DNA of 60,222 nucleotides, filler included, from Nitrospirae bacterium MYbin3 (GTDB taxonomy: Bacteria > Nitrospirota > Thermodesulfovibrionia > Thermodesulfovibrionales > Dissulfurispiraceae): NCBI GenBank assembly GCA_002753335.1. It is 4 parts of 4 records of this genome, joined end to end, with 100 filler letters (N's around TTAATTAATTAA, not from the genome) between each part and the next. Parts side by side here need not be neighbours in the genome. Positions count along the whole stretch, not along the records: positions 2,733 to 33,055 come from PEAD01000033.1; 3 more parts are not named here. One strand, 5' to 3'. Made by a program: the position numbers and the translations under genes. Shown here piece after piece: positions 18,221-26,968 of this stretch (the stretch's first letter is position 1; every line of letters starts with the position of its first letter). The notes beneath the pieces are model-generated. The model did not search any database, was not told where the DNA came from, and was given only the letters and a program-made list of their open reading frames with translations.

Positions 18221-19561
18221 ATGCTAACCGTATTATTGGTTGACGACGAGACGGCACTTCGCAAGATGACCGTTGGCGTACTTGAAACGGATAACATTAA
18301 TGTTATCGAGGCCGAAAACGGAGAAATTGCAGTTGAGAAATTCAGGTCTCAAAGGCCGGATCTGGTGCTGATGGATATCAGAATGCCCAATATGACGGGC
18401 GACAAGGCTCTAATTGAAATGAAAGCTATAGACCCGACAGTGACGGTGCTTATGATGTCAGCATACAGCGATTTGAATGTAGCGGTTGAGTGCATGAAGA
18501 ACGGGGCTTACGATTTCATCCATAAGCCTATCCAGTATCCTCAGCTCATGGCCGTAATAAAAAGGATCGCTTCCGAAAAAATGCTGATGCGTGAAGCCGA
18601 GGAGGCAAAATCATCACTCAAAAATTCCTTGGCGCATCAGTTCGGTTCAAGCGTTCCAATGAAAGAAGTCATAAACATGGTCATTAAGGCCTCCAAAACA
18701 AAATATTCAGTCATTATCCAAGGAGAGACCGGAACCGGAAAGTCGCTTGTAGCGAGAACGATACATGATATCGGCATGCGGTCAAACGGCCCGTTCGTGG
18801 TTGTGGACATAGGTTCAATCCCAGAGACGCTTGTTGAGAGCGAACTCTTTGGACATGAGAAAGGCTCTTTTACCGGAGCAGACAAAAAGAAGAAAGGCTA
18901 CTTTGAAGCAGCTGATGGTGGAACGATATTCATAGACGAAATACATAACATACCCCTTCACACGCAGGCCAAGATATTGCGGGTTGTCGAGGAAAAGAAG
19001 GTCTGTCCTGTAGGCAGCCATGTTCCTGTGGAAATAGATGTCAGGGTGATTGTAGCCACAAACATAGACCTCAAAAAAGCCGCTAAAGAAAAGAAATTCA
19101 GGGAGGATCTTTTCTTCAGACTGAATGAGTTCATGATAAACATCCCGGCTTTGAGGGAAAGGGTTGAGGACATCCCTTTGTTCGTAGATAAGTTCCTTTG
19201 TGAGGCAGCAGATGATCAAGACAAAAGATTGCTGAAGGCAGATGAACAGTCGATTGGTATTTTAAAGTCTGGCAAATGGGAAGGCAATATAAGAGAGCTA
19301 AGGAATGTCGTAAAGAGATCGGTACTGATGTCAGAAGGCGATACCCTTGACCCAGAACAGGTAAAAAAGTTGATGGGATCGGAAATTATGGATCTTTCCT
19401 ATGAGGATGATTTGTCTGTCACAATGACATTGAAGGAATTAGAGACCCAGATAATCAGGGATGCGCTGTCTAAGACCAAAGGAAACAAGAGAAAAGCGGC
19501 CGAGATTATAGGCATGAACTATCGGACTATGATGAGACGGTCGAAGGAGTTGGGGAAGTAA
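18221..19561 (+). CDS. sigma54-dependent response regulator (NtrC family)
   Basis: Receiver domain, GETGTGKS, ESELFGHEKGSFTGA, C-terminal Fis-type HTH. Confidence 0.95.
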   Translation: MLTVLLVDDETALRKMTVGVLETDNINVIEAENGEIAVEKFRSQRPDLVLMDIRMPNMTGDKALIEMKAIDPTVTVLMMSAYSDLNVAVECMKNGAYDFIHKPIQYPQLMAVIKRIASEKMLMREAEEAKSSLKNSLAHQFGSSVPMKEVINMVIKASKTKYSVIIQGETGTGKSLVARTIHDIGMRSNGPFVVVDIGSIPETLVESELFGHEKGSFTGADKKKKGYFEAADGGTIFIDEIHNIPLHTQAKILRVVEEKKVCPVGSHVPVEIDVRVIVATNIDLKKAAKEKKFREDLFFRLNEFMINIPALRERVEDIPLFVDKFLCEAADDQDKRLLKADEQSIGILKSGKWEGNIRELRNVVKRSVLMSEGDTLDPEQVKKLMGSEIMDLSYEDDLSVTMTLKELETQIIRDALSKTKGNKRKAAEIIGMNYRTMMRRSKELGK

Positions 19562-19605
19562 GCAAATTCAGTTAAAGATGTTCTATCGGGCTAATATGAT
19601 ATTTA

Positions 19606-19683
19606 GGATATTAGTCGCGTTAATTGAATGACTAACATTACAAAAAGAGTATTAGCGAGAAACTATCTAATAACTGGTTATTT
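19606..19683 (+). other. Putative attI-like recombination site, copy 2
   Basis: Repeat of the 5683-5709 and 5806-5857 segments; ends in CTAAT-5bp-GTTATTT. Confidence 0.5.
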
Positions 19684-19712
19684 TATTAAATATAGCCCTT
19701 AGTGAGGTCCGA

Positions 19713-21512
19713 ATGAGATTGCCATCTTTCCGCGTACAGAACCAAAGAAGCGTTTTCCTAGCTGAATGTCTCGTTGTTCCAAAACTAATGGTGATTGCCG
19801 GCCCTAATGGCACAGGAAAATCTACATTGCTAAACGCGCTTCGTACTAGCTCTGGCGATGGTCCGATTCTTTATGTTGGACCTCATCGGAATGCACGACG
19901 CCAGGTTGTACAATGGAGACATTTACTCTCTACGCCAATCTCTTTTCAAGAACTTCTGACACGTTCAGATATCCCCGGTTATGAAGGAGTCGCTCTTGTT
20001 ACAGGGACGCGCGATCCTTGGAGCTTCGATGATTCCGCAAATTACTTAAAACATGGCCTCTGTCAGATTGAAGTTGATAGAAAGGATGCTATTGCCCAGC
20101 TATATGATAACCAAAAAGAGATAGGGAAAAACTCACTTCCAGATCCTTGGGCTCCATTAAAAGAGCTAACAAATAATTTACTCCCACACATGTCGTTCGA
20201 ACGAATTGATTCTACAAATAGAAATCAAGTTAGAGTGTTATGGCGGGTTCACGCTAAAGATACATTGGTAGATTTAGATGATCTTAGCTCAGGCGAAAAG
20301 GCAATAATTCAAATATTTTATCCTCTAGTTGAGGCAAGAACCAAAGATATACTTCGTCAGATTCAGCATGCTGATGGTGCACAAGCCCAGCCGGAAGTGT
20401 GTGTGTTAATAGACGAACCAGAATTGCATTTACATCCTAATTTGCAAATAAAGGTTTATGATTATTTAAGGTTACTTGCATCAAATGGGAAAACGCAAGT
20501 CATAATAGCTACGCATTCACCAACAATTGTAGAGTATGCTAATTTTGAAGAACTTTTTCTACTCCGACCGTCAGAATCTATTACGGCCGGCGAAAATCAA
20601 TTAGTTCAAGTTGCTACGGATGAAGAAAAACTTGCCTTCTTGCGCGGGGCTTTCGGAACAACCTCAAATCTGACGGCAATGCAATCGGTTGTAGTCGTTG
20701 AGGGTATCACACAAAATGATAGTTCAAAGACAGTTTCAGATCGTAAAATTTATCGTGCCTTGCATCCGGGTTTTGATCGTGTCACTCTTGTTTCAGGTGG
20801 TGGCAAATCCGAAGCTATTCGGTTAAGGCTACATATTCAAGAAATATTGCGGTCATTTTCATCGAATGTTACAGCGGTTGCTCTTCTTGATCGCGATCTT
20901 AGCTCAGATGCACCACCGGAAGGAGTGGTATACCTTCCCGTTTCCATGATCGAAAATTTACTTATTGATCCTGTTCCGATTTGGGAGTCTCTTCAAAGTG
21001 TTATTGAGAAAACACCTTTTAAATCACTTGATAACATCAATGCAGCCATAGATGAGATTCTAACCGAATTGACGGACTCCGAAATCCATCGCCGTGTTAT
21101 AAAGCTTCTTGGTTCGGTCTATTTTAGGCCATCAACGCCACTCTCGGAAATTCCGAAGCAAGCCCAAGATTATATCGACCAGATTCGTGTAAATTATTCT
21201 GAAAAAGCCATTGAAACGTATCGTACGAAAGCGGTTGCGGATGTCGATGAGTTAAGAAAGACGACACAAAGGCGTGAATACTTCCATGGCAAAGATGTTA
21301 TCGCATTATTTTCCCAAAAGTATCTTCATAAATCCGGAATGCCTCTAGGCATATTCAGGTATGAAACTGCACGTCACGCTAAATCAAGAAAAAAAGTAAC
21401 TAAATTTTTTGATGAATTCTTCTCTACTTATCTCCCTCACGTCCAGGCGCCGATAGTTGCCGAGAATAAAGAGGTTGTAGCTGCCGTGCCTGATAAAAAA
21501 CAAGGCGGCTAA
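19713..21512 (+). CDS. ABC-type ATPase + TOPRIM/DUF4435-like nuclease fusion (OLD/PARIS-like)
   Basis: GPNGTGKS, LSSGEK, LIDEPELHLHP, IATHSP; then VVEG...D, DRD and IEN motifs. Confidence 0.8.
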   Translation: MRLPSFRVQNQRSVFLAECLVVPKLMVIAGPNGTGKSTLLNALRTSSGDGPILYVGPHRNARRQVVQWRHLLSTPISFQELLTRSDIPGYEGVALVTGTRDPWSFDDSANYLKHGLCQIEVDRKDAIAQLYDNQKEIGKNSLPDPWAPLKELTNNLLPHMSFERIDSTNRNQVRVLWRVHAKDTLVDLDDLSSGEKAIIQIFYPLVEARTKDILRQIQHADGAQAQPEVCVLIDEPELHLHPNLQIKVYDYLRLLASNGKTQVIIATHSPTIVEYANFEELFLLRPSESITAGENQLVQVATDEEKLAFLRGAFGTTSNLTAMQSVVVVEGITQNDSSKTVSDRKIYRALHPGFDRVTLVSGGGKSEAIRLRLHIQEILRSFSSNVTAVALLDRDLSSDAPPEGVVYLPVSMIENLLIDPVPIWESLQSVIEKTPFKSLDNINAAIDEILTELTDSEIHRRVIKLLGSVYFRPSTPLSEIPKQAQDYIDQIRVNYSEKAIETYRTKAVADVDELRKTTQRREYFHGKDVIALFSQKYLHKSGMPLGIFRYETARHAKSRKKVTKFFDEFFSTYLPHVQAPIVAENKEVVAAVPDKKQGG

Positions 21513-21525
21513 AAATCAACCAAAT

Positions 21526-21585
21526 AAACAACCAGAGGCTCGACTGCGACGCGACCGAAGGCGGCGCGTCAGCCGCGTGTTATCT
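21526..21585 (+). other. attC site (60 bp)
   Basis: AAACAAC-cagag-GCT[C]GAC[T]GCG...CGCGTCAGC-cgcgt-GTTATCT with two extrahelical bases, just after the stop codon. Confidence 0.7.
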
Positions 21586-21708
21586 TGCTTTCTTCCTGCT
21601 ATACGTAACAAAGGGTATTTTTGATTCTCCTCTTACGTTCATACAAATCACAAGAGATCAAAACCTAATCGTATATTGTCCGTCAGCTCAAGTCATGGCA
21701 ACTACATA

Positions 21709-22452
21709 TTATCTGCTGTTTCCCTCAAAACCCTTATCCATTCTTGCCAAAGCAAGGAAGGACTGAGAAAGTGCTCCTATTTCTTTCGCGCTTAATTTGG
21801 TGCTTTTTTTATTTTCAACAATGTAATCATAAAGCTGCTCATCTTTAATGCAATGGACATAGCCAGTTGAACCCCATTTTGCTTCGAGATACGCTGATGG
21901 AAATACAAAAATGCCCTGAACATAAGTATCCAAAGATGAAAGGATTTTTGCTTTTTCTTTGATGGCCATGATCCTACGAGTAAAATTCTTGATCTCTGGT
22001 TTATTTGTAGACTTCCCATTAAGCAAGAGTTCCCCGCTGCCATCTGAGCTTACGATTCCTTTCCAATTTTTTGTGTCTATGACAAATGCTCCGGTAGGTC
22101 CTATAACAATATGATCAATATTGCCATAAGGCGTAGATAGGTCATGTATTATCCTGAAATCATCAGGAAATCCATCAAGTAGAAACCCAACTAAGGCCTC
22201 TCCAGTTGCTCCTTTACGAAAGGCCAGCCGTTCCTTTTCAATTGATTTAATTTTCTTTGAGAGATATTTCCAAACAAGTATAGCCACAACAATAAAAATT
22301 AAAGTCAGATAGTTTTGATTGACTCCAATCACATAGCCGCTAATGAATGCGAGAATAACAGCAAACAAATACAAAAACAGAAATATTCTAAGAAATTTAT
22401 CTGTAGACTGTTCTGTTACATACCTGCCTGTTTCGCCTAAAACCTTAGCCAT
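21709..22452 (-). CDS. NERD nuclease-related domain protein with two TM helices
   Basis: GATGE...HDL...NIDHIVIGPTGAFVIDTKNWKG. Confidence 0.85.
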   Translation of the reverse strand: MAKVLGETGRYVTEQSTDKFLRIFLFLYLFAVILAFISGYVIGVNQNYLTLIFIVVAILVWKYLSKKIKSIEKERLAFRKGATGEALVGFLLDGFPDDFRIIHDLSTPYGNIDHIVIGPTGAFVIDTKNWKGIVSSDGSGELLLNGKSTNKPEIKNFTRRIMAIKEKAKILSSLDTYVQGIFVFPSAYLEAKWGSTGYVHCIKDEQLYDYIVENKKSTKLSAKEIGALSQSFLALARMDKGFEGNSR

Positions 22453-22473
22453 GATCTTGTAATTCCTCAGCAG

Positions 22474-23361
22474 TTATAGAACGCCCGGCGGCAGAGTGAT
22501 GCGGCCGGAAAATGCACGCTTCAACTCTACCACATATTCGTACCATTGCCGTTCAATCTGGTCGATGTTTCCAACGTAGAATTCAAAAGCTCTGACACCG
22601 CAATCGCTTTTGAGCAACGCAATCAAGCCTGGCTTATACTTGCCGTTTTCGTAGTGCATTAGAAAATGTGTCAACGACCACCAGTGGAGATAATACAGGT
22701 TGAAATGCTCGTTTATATTCGGTCCTCCTTGACCTGCTATTATTGCACGCAGAGGAATAATACTGGTGTTGACTTTGTCAGTTTCTAAGTCGCCGGATTG
22801 GGCAATACTATAAAGCCACCAAATAGGGTATGCGTTAGTGTCTATCTCACCTAAGGCAAGTCTATTTTCGATGATACGACTGCTTCCAAAGTATGTAGCG
22901 ATACCTTCATCTATCCATTGAGGAAGAACCCACCCCGCTACTTCAGCATTTAACTGGTGTGTTGCTTCGTGCATCATCCAGTGATAAGGATTGACCGTCT
23001 CTGCTGAGTAATATTGGTAACAGTAGGGTTTGCGGTAAAACGCCTCCATCCATCCAATATCGCTATTGCATAGGCGAAATTCTTTCCGGTCTTTGAATAA
23101 CTTGATCTTTAGTTTCTCATGTCTTAGAGGAGCTATCATGAGTTGTTCAAGAAACTTCATATAACCTGCATATTGTATTTCGGCAACGAGGCCTATTTTT
23201 TGAGTTTGGTCAGGAGTGGCTGTAGAATAGATTGTGTAATGGTCTGTTTCAATGGTAATCTTTGGCGACCAGATACGACGGGCGCGGTCCCATGCGAAAA
23301 CTGCGATAAGCACAGCAAAGCATATTAGAAGTATTTTTTCTCTTCGGCTAAGTCTTCTCAT
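22474..23361 (-). CDS. DUF1570-like zincin metallopeptidase, membrane-anchored
   Basis: HEATHQL...PQWIDEGIATYF; N-terminal hydrophobic helix. Confidence 0.75.
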   Translation of the reverse strand: MRRLSRREKILLICFAVLIAVFAWDRARRIWSPKITIETDHYTIYSTATPDQTQKIGLVAEIQYAGYMKFLEQLMIAPLRHEKLKIKLFKDRKEFRLCNSDIGWMEAFYRKPYCYQYYSAETVNPYHWMMHEATHQLNAEVAGWVLPQWIDEGIATYFGSSRIIENRLALGEIDTNAYPIWWLYSIAQSGDLETDKVNTSIIPLRAIIAGQGGPNINEHFNLYYLHWWSLTHFLMHYENGKYKPGLIALLKSDCGVRAFEFYVGNIDQIERQWYEYVVELKRAFSGRITLPPGVL

Positions 23362-23460
23362 TTTTATATCCTACCTGATTTTTATAACCAGCCCTTAAAA
23401 GGCTCTCTTACATTAATATCTCTAAAATAATCTCGTTAATAAATTATACACATTCGTATC

Positions 23461-24789
23461 TCACCGTAGCGTAAGACTTTCTTTTGCATGTTTTATCAGC
23501 GGCGAGAGGAAGAACTCTATGATCCTTCGCTTGTTCGTTTTTACCTCTACGCTCACTGTCATGCCCGGCGACAGCATCACATCCCTGCCATCAACATTGA
23601 TTTTTAGTCTCTCGGGTTCGACCCTCATCTTATAGACGGTCCCCAGCTTTTCATCCTCCACCGCATCGGGACTCAACCACACCACCCTACCGTTTATGGT
23701 GCCGTATTTTTGAAACGGAAAGGTGTCGAGTTTTATCTCGGCATCCTGTCCCGGCTTCAGGAACCCGATATCCTGATTCGATACAACAGCCTCTATGACA
23801 AGCGGCGTATCAAATGGCACGATGGTTACTGTTGGCTGTGCCGGTGTCACCACTCCGCCTATTGTATAAGAAGCCAGTCCATGGACCGTGCCGTCAACAG
23901 GTGAGCAGAGCTTTTCGAGCTCGTATTTCTTTTTGGCCTTCACAGCCTCAGCAGACAACGAGGTTATGTTCTTTTCTCGGTCAACGATATCGCTCAGTAT
24001 TATCTTCTCCCTCTCCCGCATCAGTGCGTCCAAGCTTTTCTTTGATTCTTCGAGGCTGTCCTTGTACTGTTTCACCGTTTTTTTCTGGGCCTCAAACTCA
24101 TGCAGAGTCGTATAGTAGTCTCTCTGCTTGTCAAGGTAATCCATCTTTGCGGTAAAACCTTTTTCAAAAAGGCTCTTGTACGCAGTCTCCTGTTCTTTGG
24201 ATATGGATGTCGTCTTTTCGAGTTTGGCAAGTATGGATTCAGCAGCGTGAAGAGCGTTTTCCTTTTGGGATATCACGAGTCGTAATGCCTCTTCTTTGGC
24301 CTTGTATTCAGCTTCTCTGGCGTTTTTAAGCTTCTTTTGAAATTCAAAGATATTACCGCTGTTGCGGTCGGACATGTCCCCTTTATGCAGTTCCGCCACC
24401 AGCCTGTCCCTATCGAGTTTATGAATGGACAACGCCTTTTCGGAGCTGTCAGCATCGGCCTGTTTGATAGTCGGATCAAGGTCTATAAGTACTTCTCCTT
24501 CCTTCACCCGCTGCCCTTCTTTGACATGTATCGCCCTGATTATACCGGTCTCCATAGGCTGCACTACTTTTACTCTTCCGTCCGGTATTATTTTGCCCCG
24601 CGCTACAGCCACCTCATCCACCATTCCGAAATAAGACCATAGAAAGACCGAAAGGGTAATGACAAGTATCAGCCAGATAAGCGCAACCTTGAGCGGCGGG
24701 GACGGTGTGCTCTCTATCTCAAGCGCAGGCGGAAGAAATTCGTATTCAAGATCATCGCTTTTGAATATGTCTCTGAGCCGTTTGATCAT
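23461..24789 (-). CDS. hlyD: Type I secretion membrane fusion protein (HlyD family)
   Basis: EFLPPALEIESTP, TM helix, coiled coil, FPFQKYG, PGMTVSVEVKT. Confidence 0.93.
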   Translation of the reverse strand: MIKRLRDIFKSDDLEYEFLPPALEIESTPSPPLKVALIWLILVITLSVFLWSYFGMVDEVAVARGKIIPDGRVKVVQPMETGIIRAIHVKEGQRVKEGEVLIDLDPTIKQADADSSEKALSIHKLDRDRLVAELHKGDMSDRNSGNIFEFQKKLKNAREAEYKAKEEALRLVISQKENALHAAESILAKLEKTTSISKEQETAYKSLFEKGFTAKMDYLDKQRDYYTTLHEFEAQKKTVKQYKDSLEESKKSLDALMREREKIILSDIVDREKNITSLSAEAVKAKKKYELEKLCSPVDGTVHGLASYTIGGVVTPAQPTVTIVPFDTPLVIEAVVSNQDIGFLKPGQDAEIKLDTFPFQKYGTINGRVVWLSPDAVEDEKLGTVYKMRVEPERLKINVDGRDVMLSPGMTVSVEVKTNKRRIIEFFLSPLIKHAKESLTLR

Positions 24790-26957
24790 GCCTGCGCCCC
24801 TTTGTACTGCTGGCTGTAGAGATAGTGGTAAAGTCCTTTTTGAAGAAGCAATTCTTCGTGGCTTCCTGATTCAACAAGTTCGCCTTTGTCTATGACCGCT
24901 ATACGGTCGGCATGCTTTAATGTCGAAAGCCGGTGGGCTATGATTATAACTGTCCTACCGTGGCAGATCTTTTTCAGGTTGTTCTGTATGATGCTTTCGG
25001 ATTCGTAATCGAGCGCAGAGGTCGCTTCGTCGAATATCAAAAGCCTCGGGTTCATCAACAAAGCGCGCGCTATCGCCACCCGCTGTCTCTGCCCTCCAGA
25101 CAGGGCCGTGCCTTTTTCCCCGACCATGGTGTCGTATCCTTCCGGAAGTTCCAATATGAAATCATGCGCTCCGGCCAGATGCGCCACCCTGACTATGTCG
25201 GTCATTGCGGCAGAGGGATAATGGATGGCTATGTTGTCCTTAACGCTCCCGTTAAACAGAAAGTTCTCCTGAAGTACTACTCCTATCTGCCTTCTCAGCC
25301 ATGCGGGGTCTGCAAGGGATATGTCCACGCCGTCTATCAGTATCCTGCCCGCTTCTGGAATGTAGAGCCTCTGGACTATCTTTGCAAGCGTACTTTTCCC
25401 CGAGCCGCTTCTGCCAACCACTCCCAGAGTTATGCCTGCCGGTATATCAAAGGTGATGTTCCTCAGCGTCTCTGCGCCGTCAACACGGTATCTAAACCTT
25501 ACACCTTCAAATCTGACATGGCCTTGTATGGCAGGCAGTCGTGCCTTTGCCGGATTCATAGACGGTTCGGGTTTGGTGTTGAATATGTCGCCGAGCCTGC
25601 GAATCGAAAGCCCTGTCTGTTGAAAATCCTGCCACATCTGCACAAGCCTCAAAACCGGATCGCTTACTCTTCCAGATAACATCTGAAAAGCTATAAGCTG
25701 ACCCACGCTTATACTTCCATCCATTACAAGATGCGCTCCCAGCCACAATATCACAAGATAGGACAGACGTTGTATAAGCTGGCCTATCGCCCCGGCGCAT
25801 CCTGAAAGCTGATATGTCTTAAAGCTTGCCCTGATATATCCAGATAAGAGTCCTTCCCATTTCTTCTGGCTTTCGGGTTCAAGAGAGAACGATTTCAGGG
25901 TCTGTATGCCTGTGACCGCCTCCACCAGATACGACTGCGCATCAGCGCCCCGATTGAATCTCTCGTCCAGCCTCTGCCTTAGCAGCGGAGTTACAAATAC
26001 AGAAAGCGCGGCGAAGAACGGCAGCGCCGCAAGCGCAACAAGGGTCAACTTCACGCTGTAAACAAACATGACAACGATGAACACCGCCATGAACATTACA
26101 TCGAGCACCGAGGTCAGCGGCGCGCCTGTGAGGAACTGCCTGATGTTCTCAAGTTCTCTGACACGCGCCACAGTGTCTCCAACCCTCCGCGTTTCAAAGT
26201 ATCTGAGCGGAAGGGCAAGTAGATGTTTGAAAAGCCTTGAACCAAGAACTACGTCTATTTTGCTTGTGGTGTGGGTGAAGACATAGGTTCGCAATACGCC
26301 GAGCAAAGACTCAAAGATTGCTATTGCGACAAGCCCAACTGCAAGAACATTCAGTGTGGTTATGCCGCGATGCACCAGCACTTTGTCTATAATCACCTGC
26401 GTAAAAATCGGTGTTACGAGTGCAAATATCTGAAGTACAAGCGACGCTATGAGGACGTTTGAGAGGGATTTCCTGTATTTCCATATCACAGGCACGAACC
26501 ATCTGAGGCCGAATACTTCCTCCGAGCCGAAGAATCCGGCGCCTCTGTATGAAAGCAGAATGACCGTGCCTTTCCAGTCAGACGAGAAGTCCTCTTTGCT
26601 CATGACGCGGGGACTGTTCTCCGACGGATGCAGAACGAGGGCCTGCCCGGCATCGGCCTTTGCGAGGATTAGGTAGCCGTTTCCTTCCGTATGCACAATG
26701 GATGGCATAGGAAGCTTGAGGAGTTTATCGTATGTTGCGGTAACAGCCTTTGCCTTAAAACCAAGCTCTCTCGCGGCCCTTACTATTTCGGTCCCGTTCA
26801 TGCCGGATGAGCCAATGGCAAAGGCGTGTTTGATTTGGGCGGCATCAGCCGCCACACCGTTGTACTTGGCTATAAGGACAAGGCAGTGCAGTCCTGTGTC
26901 GTAATGTTCAGACTGATCAGCGCTTGCGCCGCCCCCGTTTCCCCCTGTTTCGTTCAT
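24786..26957 (-). CDS. hlyB: Type I secretion ABC transporter (HlyB family, C39-like domain)
   Basis: GRSGSGKST, LSGGQRQR, FDEATSALD; RRVGDTVARVRELENIRQFLTG. Confidence 0.95.
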   Translation of the reverse strand: MNETGGNGGGASADQSEHYDTGLHCLVLIAKYNGVAADAAQIKHAFAIGSSGMNGTEIVRAARELGFKAKAVTATYDKLLKLPMPSIVHTEGNGYLILAKADAGQALVLHPSENSPRVMSKEDFSSDWKGTVILLSYRGAGFFGSEEVFGLRWFVPVIWKYRKSLSNVLIASLVLQIFALVTPIFTQVIIDKVLVHRGITTLNVLAVGLVAIAIFESLLGVLRTYVFTHTTSKIDVVLGSRLFKHLLALPLRYFETRRVGDTVARVRELENIRQFLTGAPLTSVLDVMFMAVFIVVMFVYSVKLTLVALAALPFFAALSVFVTPLLRQRLDERFNRGADAQSYLVEAVTGIQTLKSFSLEPESQKKWEGLLSGYIRASFKTYQLSGCAGAIGQLIQRLSYLVILWLGAHLVMDGSISVGQLIAFQMLSGRVSDPVLRLVQMWQDFQQTGLSIRRLGDIFNTKPEPSMNPAKARLPAIQGHVRFEGVRFRYRVDGAETLRNITFDIPAGITLGVVGRSGSGKSTLAKIVQRLYIPEAGRILIDGVDISLADPAWLRRQIGVVLQENFLFNGSVKDNIAIHYPSAAMTDIVRVAHLAGAHDFILELPEGYDTMVGEKGTALSGGQRQRVAIARALLMNPRLLIFDEATSALDYESESIIQNNLKKICHGRTVIIIAHRLSTLKHADRIAVIDKGELVESGSHEELLLQKGLYHYLYSQQYKGAQA

Positions 26958-26968
26958 CTATCCTACGC

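Noticed and set aside
24786..26957. HlyB as the peptidase-exporter for the RiPP precursor
   Set aside because: The C39-like domain lacks the catalytic Cys motif (YDTG instead of a DCG-type motif), the precursor has no double-Gly site, and the adjacent RTX protein is the obvious substrate.
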